From the NCBI GenBank assembly GCA_964016885.1, contig OZ024741.1, positions 225,432,001-225,496,000 of the forward strand: 64,000 nt of DNA, given 5' to 3'. Source of the DNA: Eledone cirrhosa. Taxonomy: Eukaryota. The translations under genes and the position numbers were made by a program. Below, piece after piece: positions 55,601 to 64,000 of this stretch. Every line of letters starts with the position of its first letter. Position 1 is the first letter of the stretch. Under the pieces are notes generated by a model. It had not been told where the DNA came from. It worked only from the letters and a program-made list of their open reading frames with translations, and did no database searches.

Positions 55601-58088
55601 GGGTCATCCAGATCATATCTAGATAGAGTATTTTGTAGGGAAATAGATAGGTCTAGCATAGGCTGTCCACAATTCAAGATAGTCAGCTACACGGACCACA
55701 AATTCGTGATCTGTATGCTTGACTTAGATAGGCTTCATAGACGAGGACCCGGCTACTGGAAGCTAAACGCGTCTTTACCAGCGCGCAAGGCCTACAGAGA
55801 CCGGATTAGCGAACTAGTTAAGCGAGCGTTGACGGGGGCCATCGTCAACAAGTGGTGGTTTGCTCTGAAAAGAGCGATTAGAATAGAGTCCATTAGGTTT
55901 AGTAAGGCTTTAGCTATAGAGAAAAATAGAGCAGAGGGAATATTAGTTAGAAAATTAGACGAGGCGCTTAGCAAAGGCTTCGCGACCGATGTACTTGCGG
56001 CGAAATTGGCCCTTGAACAATTCTTCAATGCAAAGCAAAAAAGGCTACGTTGTCAGAGCTAGGGTGCGTGCTCTCAGAAACGAGGGGACGAAAGCCATTC
56101 AATGGGCCCGAGTGGCGGAGCCGCGTCGTGGCAACAAAGCCACGATCCGGTCTTTGGTGGACCACGACGGGCGCATGCTACTCGATCCCGGGCAAATGTG
56201 TGAAGCTTTTCAGCGACACTTCGCTCAAATGTTCGGGAGCAGCGGCGGGCCGGATCGAGGGATGGACTTTAGTATCTACCTCAACAGACGGCCGCGGCTC
56301 TCAGCCACTGAGGCGGAGTGTTGCGAAAAGCCGATAACAGCAGCTGTAGTACGGGAGGCAATGACTGGCTTCACAAGGGGTAAATCGCCTGATTTGGATG
56401 GTCTGCCCTATGAACTTTACGTGCAGATGCCAGACTTGTTCGGAGGCCTCTGGGCGGATGTCTACTGCAACTGGCAACAGAACGGGAGAATTCCCAGCTC
56501 TGTGAGCAGAGGAGCGGTGGCGCTGCTGAGAAAGGATCCGAACAAGGGGGATAACAGATAATTTGAGGCACATAACTCTGCTTAAAACAGAGTTCAAGAT
56601 TTTGGCCAAGGTGCTACTCGGCACCTGGAGAGGCAGGTCCATGCCGTCCAACAACGTCGTCGGGCGCTGGACGGACGGTCCGGTTAAATTGCTAGGGGTC
56701 TGGTTCGGTCCGGACCTCCAGACGGACAAAAACTGGGACGAGGTGACGAGCAGGGTGGCTTCTCTCACCCAGAAATGGGCGGAAAGGAAGCTATCCCTGA
56801 AAGGTCGAGCGGAGGTGGCTAACGCGTACTTTGCGTCCGTCATCTGCTACCGCCTGACCGTCGTACCTTGTCCTAAGCCCCGCCTGACTGCGCTGGAGCG
56901 TTTGCTCTTTCGCTTTTTGTGGAAGGGACGCGCTCCGATGGTCAGGCGGTCCATCTGCTGTCAACACCCGCTTCGTGGAGGGCTGGGAATGCCGTGACTG
57001 ATGATGCGCAGACACGCGCTCAGGCTACGACATCTCCACCTCGTGATCAGGTGTGGTCGCCGTTTGCTAGACACGTCTTTCCCCAGCTCGTCTCCTGGAC
57101 GGAGCTGCAGTCCTGGGTCAAGCGAAGACCGAGAGGGAGCGCTTGGAGACTGGAATGTCTTCAGGCGCTCACAGCCCTCGACCAATCGGGCAATGTGATC
57201 GGTGGAAACTCCACCTTGGCGTTCTATAGAGGATTAGTGGAGTGGAATAGCTACGACGTACTTGGAGAAACTCTAGGCGTCGACGAAAATCAACTAGCCA
57301 ATCTCTTCGGAAGGACTTTCGGGCCGGGGCCTATGGACAACTTCCAGAAATCCCTGGCCTGGCAGTGCTACCGGGGAGCTTTGCCAGTTTGGGATAAACT
57401 CTACAGGCATGGAGGTGCCGTCAGCCGGGCATGTCCGAGATGCGCGCAGGGCGACGAAACCGTCCTGCACGCACTCGTCCAGTGTCCGAGCATTGCTGAC
57501 TTGTGGGTTTATATCGAACACCTGCTGTCGGTTGTAGGACGGATCCGGCTATCAGCTGAGTCCATCGTGAGGATTGCCCCGCCCTCTCCCTTTAGCCGGG
57601 AAGGGCAGGCAGTTTTTATCTGTCTGTGGCCATGGCGAAAGAGATAGTATGGTGGACACGTTTGAAAGGGCTGAAGACGAGCACTTACCTCTTCGGTGAT
57701 GCCCTGATTAACTTTTTCAAATTTCATTTGAAAAGGAAAATCAGGGTAGAGAGGGAAGTGCTCTCTTCCCAGCATTTTGTTGAAAGATGGGTGAGAGAGG
57801 CAAGAATGGCCCGAGTGAATGGGCCTACTCTGAGTATGTGTCTGTAAATTAAAGGTGGAAGAGGGCACTTGCCCTGGTGGTCAGGGTCACTGAGGCTTTT
57901 TAATGGGCTTTCTCTACGAATGTCCCTCGGAAGTCTCCCCCTATTAGGGAATTTTTTCATTGTTCTATTATTACATCCTCTGTTTCTTGTTTTTTACACG
58001 CAGAAATGCCCATTTGTACTGCCCTGTATTGTCCTGTACTGTCCTTAATGTCTACTTTGTATAGACCCTTGTGGTTAATAAAGAAAGC
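52613..58088 (+). mobile_element. L1/Tx1-like LINE (second family) inserted in (TTA)n, RT core deleted
   Basis: ORF1 remnants with knuckle CFRCRSKTHLRAFC; ORF2 APE 55019-56062; post-RT and zinc regions; AATAAA at 58077; ATT repeats on both flanks. Confidence 0.92.
55019..57847 (+). pseudogene. LINE ORF2 (APE region open, RT catalytic core missing)
   Basis: INARGL, VYAP, VGDWN, SYLDR, TDH; KILAKVL fused directly to LGTWR; CPRCAQGDETVLHALVQC. Confidence 0.9.
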
Positions 58089-58230
58089 ATTATTATTGTT
58101 GTTTTCGTTATTATTATTGTTGTTATTATTATTGTTATTAATATATATATATATTGTTTTTTCCTCGTGCAATGGCCATACTCGATAACGAGGGGGTAGC
58201 CATCATCAAGTATGTATATATGTATGTATG

Positions 58231-60404
58231 TTCTTCTGGTTTTATAATTTCAAAAATGTTTCCCAATAGAGAGAGAGTCGGTTTCTAACATAGACACAAG
58301 ACTCTCTCATTGGAATTTACACAACATCAACTAGGCAGATTATACATGCCTGCACTTGTTATCACATCTAGTTGTTTTGCCTGCATACCTATTTCCTTTG
58401 TGAATCAGGTATTTCGTGTTAATCTCCTGTTCTTGGATTGCAAAAGCGTATGCTTCAAAGTGAGAGCCAATATAGCGGGTGTTGATCCAAGATAGACTAC
58501 TTTCCTGATCTATATTACTCTCACTCTGGAGCTTCCTGGCAACATATCCATGCATGATTTTTTGCTGATAGGCATGCAGTTTTTCATCCATGGATTCACT
58601 GCGATACTGCTGAGCGACATCCCTGGGTGTGAATCTTTGATTATCACACAGGGAATATCTCTCGAGGAATTCCTTCCCAACTCTCATGATCTTATCTGTT
58701 TCATGCAGATAGATTTGCTCGAGAGACGGGCTCCTACGCTTCGAGGTTTGTAGATGTTGTCGGAAGGGTATGATGCGACATTCACATGCTGTCTATGTCA
58801 CTGTTGATGTGGAAGTTTCCGGTGTTGTTTAGTATTTTTCGAGTTCCAACATCAACTGCTCGGATTTCGTCTATCGTCCAATTGAGTATTCCAAACGTTG
58901 GTGTTAGGACAGGCACAGCAAACACATTGAGAGCCAGTGTTTTGTTTTGCGCAGAGAGTTCCGATGACCAAATTTTCTTAATCGGGTGTAATATTCCCTG
59001 GTTACGCGTTCCTTATTACAGATACCATTATAGGATATGTTCTCATCTATCCCCAGATATCGGTGAAACAGACCATTGATGACAATATTGCTAGATTGGG
59101 TTGTTGTTTTTCCTCGCTTTACAGTCATGTATGAGCCTTTATCTTGGCCAAACTCTATTCCTATATCCTTTGAGAACGTTGTAACCAGGTCAAGATTTTT
59201 CTTCGTCCCATCCATATTCTTGGCATAGAGTTTCAGATCGTCCACAAAGAAATTATGGGTTAGGTTCGTATTTCTGTCCTCCTGTGGGCCAATGATGTAT
59301 CCCTCACATTTCTTGAGCAGAAAGGACAAGGCGTTTAATGACAAGATGAATAATATCACAGAGAGACTGTCTCCCTGAAATATACCCCTGCTATATTTGA
59401 TTTTATCAGTGAAAATATAGTCCTCCCTCTCTGTCTTTAACACTTCATCAATAACACGTAATATTTCATTATTTATTTTTTTTTTTTTATTAAACATTGT
59501 CGTTTAATACGTTCAGCAAGAGAGATATTTATACATGAATTAATTTCTCTCAGGAAGATTTCGTTGGGGGAAATTTTAAATTGTTTATACTTTTGATTAT
59601 TATCATTATCGATAGTATTTTCCACAGCAGTCGAGGTAGACTGGGATGGTACATGTGGTGTCAAATTTTTTCGATTATTATTATTTCTTCGATTGTTATT
59701 ATTATCGATAGTGTTTCCCCAGCATTCAAGGTAGACTTAGATGGTACAGGTGGGGGTCAAGTTTCTTACAGGTATAGTTGTTTCAAGGCACTGTTCGACC
59801 TGGCTGCTAGGAAGTCTAGTAGCAAGGCGACCTGTAGCACGTGTTGTTGATCCCATGTTTGTTGTGGGGGACTTACAATTAATACTATTTATCTTATTTT
59901 TACGTTCAGCAAACGTCGCTTGTTGGCGTAATTGTTTCTCTGTGAAATAATTTAGCTCTGGGAGCATTTCGTCCCAGTGTAGCTTCATTCTGTTCATATA
60001 GCCAATGGAGGGATTGTTTTTTGCCATTTTATAACAATTAAATAAATCATCATTAAGTTCGCAACTCCAAGAGAAATGCGATTCATAATTTCAGTTTTTT
60101 CTGTAGCTACAACCGAATAAAGTTTGTTTACCTTTCTCGTTGTTTGTCTTCGATACTTCCTTAATTTTGTTGTTGATGTTGTGTTCAGCCATGCTGTTTG
60201 TAGCAAATCCTTGTAAAATGGATTATGTATTTAATCGGATATCTCTACGACTTCGAATAAAAGATGTCTTCAGAGGATATAGTTAGAAGAATAACCAGTT
60301 ATTCAACATGACTGTAGTTGTGGCATTACTGTCGGGGATAGTATTCATCTTAAATTTAATAAATAGTCTCCCACGCCAAATTATGCGACTGATCGCGTTG
60401 ACTG
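58231..60404 (-). mobile_element. R4/Dong-like LINE (copy C), both ends apparently present with large internal deletions
   Basis: N-terminal GYMNRMKLHWDEM..TEKQLRQQ; GIFQGDSLS, FFVDDLKLY; same 3' end as copy B; TATG repeats on both flanks. Confidence 0.85.
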
Positions 60405-60436
<32 letters not shown>

Positions 60437-60500
60437 TGTATGTATGTATGTATGTATGTATGTATGTATGTATGTATGTATGTATGTATGTATGTATGTA
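60405..60500. repeat. (TATG)n microsatellite
   Basis: Direct inspection. Confidence 0.95.
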
Positions 60501-60506
60501 TAATGT

Positions 60507-60840
60507 GAAGGCACATGGCTTAGTGGTTAGAGCATTGGGCTTGCAATTGAGAGGTTGTGAATTCGATTCTCGGACCGGGTGATGCGTTGTGTCCTTGAGC
60601 AAGACAGTTTATTTCACGCTGCACCATTTACTCAGCTGTGGAAATGGGTTGCGACGTCACTGGTGCCGGGCTGTATCGGCCATTGCCTTTCCCTTGGACA
60701 ACATCGGTGGCGTGGAGAGGGGAGACTGGTATGCATGGGTGACTGCTGGTCTTCCACAAAACAAACCTTGCCCAGGCTTGTGCTTAGGATGGAAATTTTC
60801 TAGGTGCAAAACCATGGTCATTCGTTACCGAGTGGTGCCT
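60507..60840 (+). mobile_element. tRNA-derived SINE family B (CORE-like)
   Basis: TGGCTTAGTGGTTAGAG, GAATTCGATTC, TGTGTCCTTGAGCAAGACA. Confidence 0.8.
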
Positions 60841-62074
60841 GATGTATAATGTAAGAATGTATTTATGTATCTCTCTCTCTTATATTGGAGCATAGACAGC
60901 AAGAACATCAGATAGTTCTTCATTTTTCATCAGGTATTCTCTGGGTATCATCATGATTTCTGTGATATGGATAGTATTCTTTTCCTCAGTGCAGCATCTC
61001 GTGGAAATTAGTTGCTAGCAATTGAAATACAAGACGCCACACAACCTACACAGGGAATAGAACTACAGATTAGTTGGTAAATTCCTTATGAACCATACCA
61101 TAACTGACTTACGCTTCAATTACTGTTTCACATGAAGGAGCATGAACATTATAATAATCATTGTCACATCCCTTGAAATCAATAAGACTGATAACATATT
61201 CATGGGCACTTCCGATCACCAATGATTAAATATTCAACTGTCTCTACAGCAACATTGTGCAGGTTAATTAAATATTTATTCTGTTATTTCAATTAACTTA
61301 TTTCACTCTGTAAAAATCAACGATCACAGCTGAATTTTATTTCATAACTATTATCTATTTATATGAAACCATATATTTAAATTATACGAAGAAAATAAAC
61401 ACCAAAAAACAGATTTGTTTCAAAATCATCATATATGAACATAAAGAGAAAGTTTTATTTCACAACGTATATTTATATAAAAAACAACTTATATTTGATT
61501 TCAAAACGCCCATATATTTTCCAAAAGTCACATTTTATTTGAAAACAATCATATATAATAAAACAATACAATATTTAATAGAAAATAACCCGGTATTCAC
61601 TATCTTTCAATGGAACATTAAATTTATCAGCATTGTTTTCATCTTGTGACTTCATTCCAGTTTTGTTGGTGGAATAAATATGTATATATATTTCATATTA
61701 GATATTTTGGGAGAAATATTATTCCATGTTATCTCAAAAGCTTTGTCCCAGACTTACTTTGTATTTCATATTTTTTTCTATTTTTCAAATAAACTAGTGC
61801 TGAATGCCATCTTTAATATGGAAACATAAATACTAAATCATTATATATGTATGGACTCGTAACTCCTGATGGAGTCGTAGGGGTGCCGTAGTGACATAAA
61901 GCGTGTCTAGAGCTAAAACTGGGGTAACCTTACCATTTTCCAGGTTTGAGCAAAGAAGAAGAAGAAGAAGAAGAAGAAGAAGAAGAAGAAGAAGAAGAAG
62001 CGGGAGAGAGAAACAGTGATAGAGAGTGAAAGAAGCAAAAATAGGGAAAGAGATATAGAGGAAGAATATATATC

Positions 62075-62190
62075 AGTATTAGACTGGTACTTTTTTATCG
62101 ACCTCAAAAGGATGAACGGCAGAGCTGATCAGAAAGCCGGAACGTTTATCGCACGACGTTCTATCGACTTTGCGAATTCGCCGCCCTTCT
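62075..62190 (-). mobile_element. Highly degenerate SINE family A relic
   Basis: CTGGTACTTTTTTATCGACCTCAAAAGGATGAACGGCAGAG ... CCGCC. Confidence 0.55.
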
Positions 62191-62393
62191 CATTCATTAA
62201 ACCTAATATTAATTCATACATTATATATACATTAAAGGATACTGTATTCAGGTATTTGGAGATGTTATTTTATTAAGAAAATTAGTGTATGCCTATCTAA
62301 AAGGACTTATTAGAAAACCAATGAAATAAAATTTCCAAATTCCAGAACACAATATCACCTATTATTCTTTCGATTGGCAATATCGGACGGGCG

Positions 62394-62424
<31 letters not shown>

Positions 62425-62477
62425 TGTATGTATGTATGTATGTACGTATGTATGTATGTATGTATGTATGTATGTAT

Positions 62478-63899
62478 GTGAACCAAATATCTATGTGTAT
62501 GGTAAACGGCTTGGGGTGGTTGATCAGTTTGTCTACCTGGGAAAGACTGTCAATCGATACAGCAACCTTAATAGTGAAATCTCACTTAGGATTAGGAAAG
62601 CAAGTGATGCTTTCAGAAAGCTAGAAAGGCGACTCTGGGGTCGGCGAGACATATGCAAGAAGACAAAGGTAAAGGTGTACAAGGCATGTGTGCTCTCTTC
62701 TCTTCTTTATGCCTACGAGACCTGAGTCACATATCGACACCACCTTAAGCAATTGGAGCGTTTCCATCAGATGTGTCTCAGACGCATCCATGGCGTTCAC
62801 TGGAGGGACCACATCTGTGATCTCGAGATTTTGGAAAGCTCTCTGTGTGACAGTATAGAAGCTCTTGTGCTTAAGCATCGACTCTGTTGGGGTAGTCACC
62901 TTGCCAGGATTAAGGATTCTAGAATACCAAAACAACTCTTTTATGGAGAGTTAGTTAAAGGAAAACGACCGCCACATTAGCCAAAAAAGAGGTATAAGGA
63001 TTCCTTGAAAGTCTCTCTGAAAGACGCTAACATCTCTGCTGATACATGGGAAAATATTGCTGCTGATCGTAATAAATGGAGAAAGACTGTATATGAGGGA
63101 AAAGTTGCCTTTGAGGCATCTCGAATCGTATACGAGAAAGTAAAGCGGGATGTGAGGAAGAGCATTGCTGTTGCACTTCCAGACGGCGAGGGTCCTCCTA
63201 TGGTGCTGACATGCAGCGTCTGTGCGAGACTCTGCCTAAGCAAAGCTGGACCCGAAAGTCATCTTTGCAGTCATAAAGTAGGACCAGTGGTTGACTACCA
63301 GGCTGCTGTTGGAGGTGCTACTCATCATGCTTGCCAAGCATGTGGTAGAGAATGTAATTCAGCAGGAGGGCTCAAATGACATGCAAAAGTACACGAACTC
63401 CAACCACAGCCGGCTATTCCCAGTGAATGTTTTGGTTGCCGAGTCTGTGCAAGACATTTCAGATAATTGGCTGGGCTAAAAAGCCACATTCGATCGCAGC
63501 GCTGTTAATTGCTATCGTGTGTGTATAGATATGTTTATGTGTGTGCGTGTATGTGTATATATATATATATGTATATTATTATTGGGGGATTAGCAGTATC
63601 GCTAGAGGGTCGGATGCCATGCTTTGACGCATAGAGTTACTGCCCTTGCCATTCTGAGATCAAACCCCGCCAAGGTTAACTTTGCCTTTCATCCTTACGG
63701 GGTCGATAAAATAAAGTACCAGTAATACACTGGGTAGTTGCTGGCCTTGTGCCAAAAGTAGAAACAATTATTATTGTTGTTATCGTTATTATTAGTGTTG
63801 TTATTATTATTATTATTGTTATTAATATATATATATATATTTATATTTTTCTTTCTCGTGCAATGGCCACACTCGATAACGAGGGGGTAGCCATCATCA
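62478..63899 (+). mobile_element. 5'-truncated RTE-like LINE with C-terminal C2H2-like fingers and SINE-interrupted 3' UTR
   Basis: FVYLG, RIRKASDAF, VYKACVLSSLLYAYET, RIPKQLFYGEL, CSVCARLCLSKAGPESH; ends in GCCATCATCAT; TATG repeats on both flanks. Confidence 0.88.
63584..63768 (+). mobile_element. SINE family A copy
   Basis: Matches 20753-20936; inserted in an ATT repeat. Confidence 0.9.
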
Positions 63900-64000
63900 T
63901 GTATGTATGTATGTATGTATGTATGTATGTATGTATGTATGTATGTATGGTCGGGTCGTTGTCGAGTAAACTGGCAACCCCACCAAGGTTTCTTGGTGAG

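Noticed and set aside
60310-60404. HDV-like ribozyme at the 5' end of the R4/Dong-like element
   Set aside because: Plausible from family knowledge, but I could not assign the nested pseudoknot by eye
60507-60580. tRNA gene (also 6663-6725 and SINE A heads)
   Set aside because: A/B boxes continue into SINE bodies and there is no proper cloverleaf acceptor stem
60880-61250. Possible host exon on the minus strand with a GTAAGT donor at ~61107-61112
   Set aside because: In-frame stop upstream, no clear acceptor, no recognisable protein
63949-64000. Start of another element after (TATG)n
   Set aside because: Cut by the window edge; too short to classify

Overview
This is AT-rich eukaryotic genomic DNA made almost entirely of repeats. 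The SINE, microsatellite and LINE content suggests an invertebrate, probably a cephalopod such as Octopus (inference only). I found no convincing host gene, and most ORFs in the track are microsatellite artefacts. The window contains: (i) two near full-length but decayed Penelope-like elements (PLEs) with terminal repeats and inverted 5' tails, plus two Neptune-like GIY-YIG fragments; (ii) about 17 type I hammerhead-ribozyme (HHR) motifs, found by eye, in PLE terminal repeats and in small non-coding retrozyme-like units, including a 420-bp tandem unit with octamer+TATA upstream of the HHR, a U3-A8 compensatory core variant, HHRs with ~70-80-nt stem II insertions and one HHR split by a SINE; (iii) three L1/Tx1-like LINEs; (iv) three R4/Dong-like RLE LINE copies, two of them ending at (TATG)n; (v) RTE-like fragments, one with a twin-priming inversion; (vi) two tRNA-derived SINE families, one forming a 6.5-copy tandem array with a dimeric higher-order repeat; (vii) MITEs and foldbacks. 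The most unusual signal is in two divergent Tx1-like LINEs. Both carry an AG|GTAAGT donor overlapping the ORF1 stop, and splicing to the first downstream AG (51 and 52 nt) would fuse ORF1 in frame to ORF2 at the same Arg codon.
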